From: Adineta vaga
Taxonomy: Eukaryota; Animalia; Rotifera
Reading direction: 5' to 3'
DNA length: 64,000 nt
Assembly (NCBI GenBank): GCA_021613535.1
Contig: CP075492.1
Location: forward strand, 9,796,001 to 9,860,000
Shown here: positions 1 through 11,610 of the stretch, piece after piece
How the letters are laid out: the number at the start of each line of letters is the position of its first letter
Position numbering within the stretch: position 1 is the first letter of the stretch
Notes under the pieces: model-generated
What the model was told of the DNA's origin: nothing
What the model saw: the letters and a program-made list of their open reading frames with translations, nothing else
Databases searched by the model: none
Program-made: the position numbers and the translations under genes

Positions 1-10
1 TAGTAAATCT

Positions 11-721
11 TTGAAACAGAGTCGAACAGAACAATTACGTCGTCATATTCTTGAACGTCGTATTGGTCGACGAATACATTCAACATTTTCATCATCATCA
101 TCCACGTTACGTTCATTAGGTCGACGTCTTCCATTACAAACTCTTTCTCCACGTTCCAATCGTCAACAACCAAATTATCTATCACGAAATTCAAAATGGC
201 ATTTCGTTCGTACCCATCTCAGTGATATTGCTATGATGAATGAATCTTATGCTCGTATGCAAACACTTGAACGTGATCTACGTTGGATACATTTACGTGA
301 ATTAATTCGTAAACAAGTATTAGAAATGCGAGAAATGTCCATACTTCGTCAACAATATGATGGTACATTGAAGAAATCACCAAAAAGTGCTTTAGAATTA
401 AAAGCTATTCCATTGAATGAAGTTGTTCATGTTGAACGTGATGGTCGAGTATATTCAATTAGTACACGTGATCTTGTTCTCGGTCGATCGATCAATGATG
501 AAGATGTTCAATTAGATACATTTGCTCAATTAGATGCACGACGAAAATTTCAAACGAAACAAAGTCTTTTAAAACAACAAGAAGGACGAACACGTTTGAA
601 AAAAAATATTGCCTTTTCATTTTGTCTATGTAATTTATCATTTATAGGTCTTATGTTTGCTGCAATGTTCATTTTTGCTATGAAAACAATTATGGATATG
701 AGAACAAGAGATTTCTTTTAA
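11..721 (+). CDS. Terminal exon of an uncharacterised protein with a C-terminal transmembrane helix (5' end outside the window)
   Basis: 236-codon open frame following an AG at positions 2-3; Arg/Ser-rich start and hydrophobic tail IAFSFCLCNLSFIGLMFAAMFIFAM. Confidence 0.65.
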   Translation: MKQSRTEQLRRHILERRIGRRIHSTFSSSSSTLRSLGRRLPLQTLSPRSNRQQPNYLSRNSKWHFVRTHLSDIAMMNESYARMQTLERDLRWIHLRELIRKQVLEMREMSILRQQYDGTLKKSPKSALELKAIPLNEVVHVERDGRVYSISTRDLVLGRSINDEDVQLDTFAQLDARRKFQTKQSLLKQQEGRTRLKKNIAFSFCLCNLSFIGLMFAAMFIFAMKTIMDMRTRDFF

Positions 722-1662
722 TATAAACTTATTTTCTTAATTAAAGTATCAAAACGAGAATGCGAACAAAAATCTATCGTTCCTTTCTTTCTTTCTTTTT
801 TTTTGTATATAATATTGAATTACTTCATGGTAAAATAATGCACATGTATATGAGATTTTAATGATAAGAGAAATCGAATAAGGTTGTGATTTATTAAAAT
901 ATTCTGTCTATGATTTATATTTGATCAGAGAAAAGAAAATGACGAACTTTGGTCTATAAGCTTATTGACTTTGTATGTACGATACATGAATGAATTTATT
1001 AAAAAATAATCTCTTCAACGTTTTCCCTATATATGAAGTTCATATATGCAATAATAACAAAGAATAGTTTGGATTCAATCAAACATGTCATCTTTATGTT
1101 CTTTTTCGTTTGTCCTTCCGTTTCTCTACATAATCGAAAAGCTGTAAAATGTGTCACACATGCGTTTTTTCTTTTCGTCATTTTCCTTCTTTCTTTTTTG
1201 TGCTGGTCTATTATAAATACAACTGATTCTTTCTGTTGTCTACAAATCGTACAACAAGAACAACCTTTACTTCTTGTTTCTTTTATCATCATCATATCGA
1301 TTTCTTAGTCTGTCGTTCTTGTTGTTTCTTTTTCTCACCAGCATATAAAATAAATCATTCATTTCTTTCCTAGTATCAGCCTACACACCCATCATTTTAC
1401 TTGTTTTATAGCGACAGATTACTTCTATCCCTAATAACATACAGTATGTATCATCAGTTTTGACAAACGATTACCATCTTTATTAGATTGAATCAACGAT
1501 GATGATGATGCGTGTGAATCATTCTGTTTCATGTAAGCAAAAAGAAAAACATGACGAATTGTAATCATAATAGTTACCCTACCTTTCATTCTCTTTTTCT
1601 TTTTCTTCGTTTTTTTTATTTATTTCATATTGATTGAATTCGTGTGCGTGCATACTTGAAAT

Positions 1663-3504
1663 ATGGTAAGTTGTCAAAAGGTGAATTTTACATGTTTAAC
1701 TTTAAAGTTTAATTTTCTACGTAGCGTTTACGTGGTTTCTTTCGTAGTCAACCGAATGATGAACGAAAATTAACTGCATCTATCATACCAGTACTCGATA
1801 CAAATACATTCATTAATGCTGCTTTAGAAAAAGATGTAGGAACATTGCAAAAGTATCTTCTCGCAGGTAATAATTCATGAATTATAATCATATGATATTC
1901 AATCTCATTACAGGTTTTCCACCGGATCAAGCCGATCCGATAACAAAAGTAACTGCATTACATAATGCTGTTGAAACAGCTAATCTTCGTGCTATTCAAT
2001 TATTGCTACATGCAGGTGCTCAAGTGAATGTATGTGATTCAAGTTTATCAACGCCATTACATATAGCAGCTCATATGGGATATGATGAAGTAAGATAAGC
2101 TCCTTTTTTTTGTTGATATTCAAAAAAGAGAACTTATTTTGTTCATATGGAATAAGTAGATTGTACAGATTCTTATAACACATGGTGCTGATATATTTCT
2201 TCAAGATGATACTGGTCGAAATGCATTTCATTTAGCTGTATCTAATGGAAATAATCGAGTCATTCAACATTTTCTTTTTGGTATTGATACAGAACCGAAT
2301 ATTATTAATATACCAGATGCGTGAGTAATTTTGCAAAACAAATTTCTCAATTATTAGTTTACTCTTGTTTAGTCAAAATTGGACACCATTGATGTGTGCT
2401 TGTGCTAGTAATCATCCGTCAATTTGTGCTCTTTTACTCTCCTATGGTGCTGATCTCAGTTGTATCAATGATCGTGATATGAATGTTTTTCATATAGCAG
2501 CTTTTCTTGGTTCTTTACCTCTTATTCACGAACTCTTCAGTTTCTCACTCGATCACGAAACCCTTGTTAAAATGTTGAATCAAGGTGATAATCGAAATCA
2601 AACACCACTATTTTATGCTTGTCTTGAAGGTCATCTCGATATCGCATTAATCTTTCTTCATGCCGGTGCTGATGCATATCATTTAGATAATGAAAATCAA
2701 ACATGTCTACATGCTATGTTATCTTCAAGTATTATTCTAAGACGTCATATACGTTTATTCTATCGTTTCATTCAATATGTGGATTTTCGATTTCATCAAG
2801 ATAATCTTAGCCGTACGTTACTTGATCTTGCATACCTTAATCAAATACATACAATTATTTATTTATTAACTATACTTAATTATAAACGTAATTATGCTAT
2901 TCTATCTCAGAATGATTATGATGAAACTCATTCATCATCATCATCGATTCTTACACTTCGTCAATTATGTATTCTTGCATTTAAACGTTCGCTTATTTAT
3001 CAAAGAAATCAAAAACAATTATCGCAACATGAATTACTAGAGAATGCTTTACAACAAACATTTCATATAAATTCAAATACAGAACTTCAATCAATTGATG
3101 TAGCACATCGAAAATCATTAGATGATTTAGTAATTGGTAATAAAAAAACATCGAAAACAACGAAAAAATCTCGAAAAACTACATCAACGATTTATTCCTC
3201 CGTACAAAATGATTTCGAACAGCATACGCAATCGAGTTGGTCAATATTTAATAAAAAATCCAAACTTCCTCGGCCTGTAAATACTCCGAATGAATCAATA
3301 CATCTTTCTCAAATCTTGCTGTTAACCAATGATGATCATCCAATGAAAAATTTAGCTTTAACATTGTTAACAACACCTACTAAACTTGATGCTTTAATAG
3401 ATTTTCCATCATTAAATACCCATCAATATTTGTTTGATGAAGATATCAAAACAACAATGAATAATTACAATCTTGAAGGAAATGATTTATCAAATGAAAT
3501 CTAA
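1663..3504 (+). CDS. Ankyrin-repeat protein (multi-exon)
   Basis: ATG-only first exon (1663-1665, then gtaagt); exons encode ankyrin consensus TALHNAV, TPLHIAAHMG, NAFHLAV, TPLMCAC, TPLFYAC; TLRQLC motif resembles a SOCS/BC box. Confidence 0.85.
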
Positions 3505-3510
3505 TTTAAT

Positions 3511-4270
3511 CTATTTATTTTCTTTCCAATTCATAATAAAAGATATATCGACGTCTGAAAATAAACGTTTCTTTGCTACCTTGGATTTCAATGTCGTTTT
3601 CCGTAAAGTATCATATATAGTTTCACTATCTTCGTTAATATATCCACATTTACGACATTTCCAATCTAGAGCATCTGTTGATGATGAAATGAACACGTTA
3701 TTTTGTGCTGCGGAAGAATCTAAAATAATACAATACAATACAATGATCTTTAATATCATTCTTATGATTGTATTAATTGGTACTCAGAAATTGACCTATA
3801 GTGATAGGCATACGAAAAAACAGCTGTGTAGCAGATGTCACAAATTTTAAGACTTTTTTTCGATGTTACTTATGCCGATATAAAATTTAATTCCCCTGTG
3901 CTATTTCTGTTCGTTCTCCATAGTTTTCATTAGTTCGATTGTAATACACTGCTTCAGTGTTGATGTTCGACTTAGATTCATTTTCAATAATTGTCGCTTT
4001 TGATGCAAAATCATGATTACTGCTTGATTTTGAAATAACCAAAGATGAGAATGATTCAGAATTTTCTTAGTCATTTTCCTAAAAAAGAAAAATACCAGTG
4101 TACCATGGAAACAAGATGGTTTGACCTACGTTATTGTTCTGTGAAAAAGAACGATTCCAGGTAGCCATTTCAATAAGTTCTGTTTTACTTTTCTTTCTGT
4201 TTTATTCAATAATACCCAGTCAAACACAAGCTCAGTTAGTGGAATAGCAAAATCTTCAATGAAATTTTCT
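3511..4270 (-). pseudogene. Degenerate gene remnant containing half of a RanBP2-type zinc-finger-like motif
   Basis: Exon-like pieces (ENFIEDFAIPLTELVFDWVLL; END*ENSESF with in-frame stop; WKCRKCGYINED lacking the second CxxC) separated by a GT-AG intron near 4080-4130. Confidence 0.35.
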
Positions 4271-4706
4271 TATAATGTGTTTGGAAAAGGAAGAAGATAA
4301 AAAGGCAACAGGATTTGAAAGGCATAAGATTTTAAAAAAAACAATAAAAGGAAGGAAAAGTAAACATATAAAGCATGCATTGTATCAACGCTCGTATATG
4401 AAGAAACCAGCGATAAATAAAAACATGCATGGACTTGAAGACGAATAGGAAAAACAAATGTTATAGACATGTGTATGTCGTACACTCTCTTCAATGTGTG
4501 TGAAACTAGTTGCATACAATGCTCTCTGTCGTTGAAAGAAATCAGTCAAGATTATTTTTCGATCACGTCATCATAACTGATGACTAAATCGGGAAAATAA
4601 GAAAAATTCCCATTACCAGTTTTTTTCATGAGGCATCATGGTTACTTTCGATTTTGCTTCCATTCTTTTGTAAATGATATTCACGGACAATTACAAATAA
4701 ATTTAA

Positions 4707-4937
4707 CCCTTTCGCTCCCGGCGACACATATACGTGTGCGAACATTTTTAAATAGAAATTTGGATTTTCGCAGAAAAAGCTGGAAGCAAAGGATTAAAGA
4801 ATTGTATGGTAGACAGATTTATCGAGCTGTATCGAACGATCTATCTCTTAAATATTCACCGTCGGCTTTTGCTGGAAAATTTCAAATTTTTATAAAAATT
4901 GTTTGGAGGCGTATATACGTCGCCGGGAGTCAAAGGG
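4707..4937. mobile_element. Non-autonomous piggyBac-type MITE (231 bp)
   Basis: TTAA at 4703-4706 and 4938-4941; imperfect ~28-bp TIRs CCCTTTCGCTCCCGGCGACACATATACG / CGTATATACGTCGCCGGGAGTCAAAGGG; CCC...GGG ends typical of piggyBac. Confidence 0.9.
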
Positions 4938-5139
4938 TTAAAAAATACTCTTCAGATTCATTTACTCAATTCGTTTCTAAGTGACAAATGACACTTTTAT
5001 CATTAAAGAAAATAGCTTATACTTTTCTGTTTGTCCTTTATGTTAATCATGATAATAAGATTTGTGCCATTTTTTTTCTCGCACGTTCATTTATTTAAAA
5101 TCTTGTGAGTACTCGCATCCTTTAAATATATCAAAACTG

Positions 5140-6108
5140 ATGTCTTCAGACGCTGATTTCATTGCTTTATTAGTTCGAATTTTAACAGATCTATATAAAA
5201 TTGGTGGACCAATTCTAATGGGTTTGGGTACAATTAGTTCGATTATTAGTTTAATGGTTTTCACTAAAAAAAATCTAAGAAAAAATCCCTGTTCATTTTA
5301 TTACATTGCAGTTAATATCGGTAATTTATTCATAATTTATACATCATTCTTATCAACAACAATACGACAAGGTTTCAATATTGATCCAAGTATATACAAT
5401 TTAAGTTTTTGTCGTTTACGATTTTATGCAATTTTATTATTTGATGTATTAAGTCCAACATATTTAATCTTTGCTTCTATAGATCGAGTATTACTTACTT
5501 CACCAAATGCTTTGACAAGACAACGAAGTACTCCCCGACTTGCTTGTATTTGTATTCTTTCTATCACAATATTTTGGTCAATAGGTCACAGTCATTTATT
5601 ATTTTATACCAATATTATACAACCTTCGCCAAATTATTTTGTCTGCTACTTTCAATATGGAATTTATTTGGCTATTATCGGTTATTATTTAGCTATCATC
5701 AAAGGTATATGTATACCATTATGTATGTTATTTTTTGGATTATGGACGATAAAAAATGTTCGTAATCTTGGTCGCATTATACCTGCTGTTAATAATCTAT
5801 CAGTCAGTGGAGCAGCACCAACTGGTAGCTTACGTTCTACACATTCAAAAGATCGTCAACTCATTCGAATTTTATTAATTGATATTAGTGTCTATGTTAT
5901 CTTCAGTTTGATGCTATCATCAGTTCTGATGTATCAACAAATTACTCAATATCAACCAAAGAATCGTGCTCAAACATATCTTGATGGTTTTCTTGTCAGT
6001 ACTAGTACTTTCAGTGCTTATATTCCATCTTGTATAGGATGTTTTACGAATATAGTGGTTTCGAAAACATTTCGACAAGAAGTAAAGACTATTTTTCTCT
6101 GTAAATAG
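5140..6108 (+). CDS. Intronless rhodopsin-like (class A) orphan GPCR
   Basis: Seven hydrophobic segments; LRKNPCSFY, FCRLRFY, SIDRV (DRY variant), SKTFRQE helix 8. Confidence 0.85.
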   Translation: MSSDADFIALLVRILTDLYKIGGPILMGLGTISSIISLMVFTKKNLRKNPCSFYYIAVNIGNLFIIYTSFLSTTIRQGFNIDPSIYNLSFCRLRFYAILLFDVLSPTYLIFASIDRVLLTSPNALTRQRSTPRLACICILSITIFWSIGHSHLLFYTNIIQPSPNYFVCYFQYGIYLAIIGYYLAIIKGICIPLCMLFFGLWTIKNVRNLGRIIPAVNNLSVSGAAPTGSLRSTHSKDRQLIRILLIDISVYVIFSLMLSSVLMYQQITQYQPKNRAQTYLDGFLVSTSTFSAYIPSCIGCFTNIVVSKTFRQEVKTIFLCK

Positions 6109-6644
6109 AATTTTAATATTGTCTTCAAAAAGACTAAACTTGTCAGACATTAAATGTCATCAGAGTCATCTTATTGCTGGATTAGCAATACAATGTTGTC
6201 TTGTGTCCCTGTTAGAATTTCCAGAATAAAAATTCTAATCTTTTCCCTTGATTTTATCTTACATTACTTAAAATATTTGATCCAGCTCATTTTAAAATCA
6301 TGGATTACATTGTTCTTTTTTTTCTAAATTATATTGCGAAGTTGACGAAGAAATTAAAGGAAGATTAAGATATTCTATTAGAGTTTGTCCAAATTCCTCA
6401 CCCACTTGTCGAACATAATCGGCATGATAAACAATTTCACAACGACGATTATCTATTGATTGTTTGCCTCGTAGCAACTTTTGCTGGTTTTCCCTTTTTG
6501 TTTTTTTAAATAAAAAGAATTCTCTTTCTCGTTAGAAAAGAGTCTATCAGATATGAATGATCTGCTTATTTAGAGTGACCAAAATATATTCAATCTTCTT
6601 CCATTATTAACTTTTATTGAGCTAAATTTTAACAAAACTTCTAT

Positions 6645-8383
6645 TTACAATAAAGAAAAGTATTGATAAAAATTTCTTTGAGATACAAAGGGCTCGCTTA
6701 GATGAACACTAGTCAGTTTGCTACAAGTGAGACGTGTAGCATCATTAGTAAAATTCTTTGTGGCCAGAACGAGTGGTTCATAGGCGATATTAAGGCTCAA
6801 CAAACGTGGTAAATGGCAATATCTATCGACGAGAAATTGTGCAGCATAATCTGCATGAGAACTTCGAAGATTGAGAGAAATAAGATGAGAAAATTTGATC
6901 AATGATAACGATTTTTCCTTGTCTTTCTGTGGTTCTTTATTGATGATATCTATCTTTCTCAAGAATGGAAAGCTTTGAGAGATAAGTTCGAAGAAGTTAT
7001 GCTCAAAAGGAGAACAATTTACCATTAATAAGAATTGAACATTAACAAATATTCCACCTTGAAAAGAATTATTTAAGAAATGATAAGTTTTGCATTGATT
7101 TGAAAGTGAATAGATGTGGCATCTACTTTTGAATTCATACGGAAATGAATAGTTATGACATTTACGTTGATTTTCTCTTGCGAAAATTTCAACATGTGAA
7201 GCAACTGATCCATATTCTTTTCTTCTGAAACTACGTTGAATATCTTCATTTGACGAAAAAACGATTTCAACGTTTTTCTCATTAATATTTGTATAAATAT
7301 TGAAAGTAAATTTGCTTAATCGTGACATATAAATAAGAATATCTTCATGTAATTGATTACCATCAATATAATTCTTATCATTGAGAGATTTAATACCAAT
7401 TCATCAAGATTTATCATTCGTCGAAGTAATGGAATAATTAAATTATCATATAAAAATGTGTGTGGATATGATGTTAACGCAAAATGTTTTAATTTGGGAA
7501 GCTTTTTCTATGGAAAAAAAATAGAAATCAATTTTAGAATTTGCTATTTTTTCTCGAAAGATATAATTAGCAATTATACTAACTGTATTATCAATAGTTC
7601 CTGACGTGTATGCAATTATTTCTATCTTTATAATCAATGTTGATAAACAATTGAAACATCCATCAAGCAGATAAAGATAATCGTCGAAAGTTTTCACAAT
7701 AAATTTTAATTCAGTTAATGTTGACGATTTCAAATTTGTTGAAAAGTCAAATGTACAAATTGTTGATCGATTATCGAATTGACAAAAACTTAATTTGTTT
7801 AATTGTTTACAAAAAGATATTATCAAACTAAACATAACCGAAAGTGTTTCAGGAGATGGTTCTGTTGGTTTATCATTAATATCAATTGTAAGACATGTTA
7901 TTTGTTCATTAAGAAGTTTTCGAAGAATTGTATTGTCTTTAATTGAGAAACAAAAGATAAATATTAAATCCTCTAATTAATAGTTTACTTGTTAAGTTAT
8001 TCAAAAGAATTTCTTGAGAAAAATCTATAAGTACTAATGAATAAAGTTGAGGATAGTTGTTGGTGTGAAGAACACGTTCCATTGAATATTGTTCGACAAT
8101 AAGTTCATTTATTTGTTGAAATATTCGAGATAAAACATTTCGACAAATTCTGTCTAGAACTTGATTATCTATTGAATAAATACGATCAAAATATGATTTC
8201 ATCGTCAGAGGTCATATCGAGACTATGAAGATAAAATGGATCGAATATTAATTGATTAAATCGTTCAGTAATATCAACAAGTGAATACAAAACATCAGTC
8301 ATATTCAATTTGTTAAAAATAATGAACAAAATTTCATTGGGTAAATCGAGAATACTGTACGGCTTGTGATTTGATATATTCAT
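6645..8383 (-). pseudogene. F-box/LRR-like gene with two frameshifts
   Basis: N-terminal F-box ILDLPNEILFIIFNKL; frameshift near 8205 (LDMTS / MKSYFDRIYSID) and near 7370 (LSMIRI / YIDGNQLHEDIL); GT-AG introns near 7940-7990 and 7512-7580. Confidence 0.75.
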
Positions 8384-10125
8384 GTCTAAATCATTGATTT
8401 CAATAGTCTCTTATTTATCTATACAGAAATATTTTCTCATTTATTGTCGAACAGAACAATGAAGAAGAAATATTCATTTTATAACAATAAACCATCATTG
8501 ATAGACGTTGATATTGTTCGTTCTATCGAGCATTATTTCTTTTTATTCATTGAAAAGTCATTCGTCAGGTCATTCTTCTTTTACATTTTGTTTAATGTAG
8601 AAAAATGTAAATGTACACTCTCTTTTCGAAAGCAAAATATACGAAGTATACATATTGACTTTAACTATTTAATCTATAAAAATAAACAAATATTTATGGT
8701 TGTTTCAGTTTATCACAAATGTAGGACAAATGCAGAATACTAAATAAATAACAAACGTACGCACAATTATTCTTTCTATCTGACACGAGTAAGAACTTGT
8801 TCAAAGAAAATTATAAGATCGTTTATGAAGCTGGCCAAAAGGAATCGCATTGAATACTATCTTATAATTCATTAACACGAATATCAAATTAAACTGAATA
8901 GAAAATGATTTGTTGATAAAAAACAAATTATAAATTTTGTTAGCGAAGTCTAACGTGTACACGCTGCTTTCGCGAATAACGTGTAAAACAACATGTATTT
9001 TAAATGTTGCCAGGGTTTCGTACATTTTGATTCTGCTTGGTACACTTGGTATTCGGAACCCTGAACTGGGTGATAATCATCAATAACAAGACCACCCATA
9101 TACATGAATACGAAAATTATTATTTTATTTCAGCAGTAAGAGATGGTAATCAACCAATGGCATAGGAATGCGTGAATACACATGTACTATCTACCAACCT
9201 AACATCCTATTTCCGTTCGCTGATAGTAGAAGAAAAAAATTAAAATTTGTGAAAACTTGCTGTAGCATAATTATAGATCCATATGAGGGGTTCTATAATT
9301 TTGCCGTACCCTGTACAGATAGAACAATGAAGAAATTAGAATAAGATCAGCTGGTGCATCGAAAAAATCTTTTCTCAAAAGGCGATTGTTTATCTTTCAG
9401 ACATATTCGAATAAATCTATATTCTACTGCTTTATCCATCATGTCATTCCTTATTCACATCTTCATAAATAAGTAAATTTTCATAATATTTTACAGAGAA
9501 AATTCCATTAATTTTAGTGTATTACGCTGTAAGTATATTCTTTATCTAATGAAAGAGAGAGAAGATGTGTTTTATGTCATGAAGAAACAACATCATTGGT
9601 TGTGATGGACTGGTTATTAATTCAGATGCTGATATAAAGGCTTTTCAAAAGATAATATATTCTGTCATTTTAATAGGAAGATAGAAGAAAATGAGTGAGT
9701 AGATGAAAGAAGGAAAGAAGTATTTCTTTGAAATAGACGATTTATGTTTTTGTTAATTAAAAAGTACATTATCATGAGAGATCGCGTGAGAATTTATTGA
9801 CAACATTTGAGATAATTATGTTTGCGATTTATGTTTCAATGAAATGCATCATCTCATTCTTTCAGAAGTTGATTTACGAGAACTTTCTCATCTCTATCCC
9901 TTAACTTTATATTATCATATAGAAAGGCATTTGATGTCGGTATTAACAGCATGTAAAATATCATTTCGAAAGCAATGCTCATAGAGCAGAAGTAATTTCC
10001 GTTTTTTCTTATTAGATAGTAAAGAAGAAGACGAATAAGAAACATGTTTCTTGCCGATTTTCATTTAGAACATAACTCTATGGTATGAGACCTTTTTATT
10101 TTTAGTAAAAAAATAGAATTACTAA

Positions 10126-11491
10126 ATGAACGTCGATCGTTTTTGGTATGCTAATCAAACAGTAACTATCCCTGCTGTTTGGCATAATATTTCTGGATTA
10201 GTCTCCTTGTTATGTTTAATATTTGGAGTTATTTCCAATGGTTTAGTTATATTTGTATTTACTAAGTAAAAATAAGCAGAAACTTATGTGAAATATTTAA
10301 TTCATTATCTTTGTACTTCTAGAAATGACAATTTACAACGGCCAAGAAATTATTTTCTTATCAATCTTGCCATTACAGATCTGGGACTATTACTAACAAA
10401 TAATTCTATGCATGTTATTTCATCCTTTCGAAAACATTGGATATTCGGACAGATAGGTAAATGAATATTTTCAGTTTTAGAAAATGAACAGTTTTTAACT
10501 TTGATTATACGTATTTTTAGGCTGTAATTTCTATTCAGTTTGTGGTGGAGTGTTTGGTTTAACATCAATTGCAACGATGGCATCGATTTCTTTAAATCGT
10601 TTGTCTGCTGTTAATGATCCATTTAGTTCATTGAAACTGAGTAGTCGTCTAACTTTACGTTAGTTTATGAAGATAGAAACCTAAGAAAATAAATATATAT
10701 TTTGAATTTTGTTAGGATGTCTTGCGTTTACATGGATTTATGGTTCAATATGGATAATACCACCATTATTTGGTTGGAATCGATTCATTTTAGAAGGCTT
10801 TGGTACATCATGTACTTTTGATTATGTTTCAACCGATTTACTTGATCGTTTGTTTATAATCATGTTAGTTACTGGTGGTTTCTTCATACCATTGTCAATA
10901 ATTTTACTTTCATATTGTTCAATTTTATCGAAATTATCCGAACGTGGTCGACAATTAACATTGAGCAAAACTGATGATGAACGATGTTTAAATCAATCGA
11001 ATGTTATAACACGAAGTCTTAGTCAATTAAATACAGTAAATGAATTAGGAGTCAGTCGTGGAGAACCAACAGTTCTCGATATTAATGAAAATAGTCTTAC
11101 TCAAAATATGCGTCGAACAGAAGCTCGTGCTACACGTACTGCATTAGTGATATGTGCTCTATTTTGTTTAGCATGGGGTCCTTATGCTCTGATGGCTTTA
11201 ATTTCTCTTGCTGGTTTTAATCATTTAGTAAATGCTTATATAACATCAATGCTTGGCATTCTAACAAAATTTGCTGCATGCATAAATCCATTGATATACG
11301 CTATTTCATTAAATGGTTTTTATGAACAAATTCAATCTTACGTACGATGGATCTGTCGATGTGGTAGACGACATAATCGCCCATATAAATCATCAAATCT
11401 TGATCTTTCTCGACGAAATCTCTCGAATTTAATAGAATATAATAATCGACAACAGACTCATTCAACTCCAGTCAATCGAGATAGTACATAA
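10126..11491 (+). CDS. Opsin, rhabdomeric (Gq)-like, four exons
   Basis: TM1 GVISNGLVI, NYFLINLAITD, GWNRFILEGFGTSCTFDY (E181 equivalent), AWGPYA, retinal lysine in LTKFAACINPLIYA. Confidence 0.9.
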
Positions 11492-11610
11492 ATTGATTTA
11501 TCTATTCCTGCTTTGTTTAATCAAGTTCGAATTAACTTTTATTGTTTCTCTTTTCATTATAAACAAAAACACCGGCGAGAAGAAAAATACAAGGAAAAAA
11601 TCAACTTCCA

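Noticed and set aside
4628-4984. 118-aa ORF
   Set aside because: Runs through the piggyBac MITE and has no protein-like motifs
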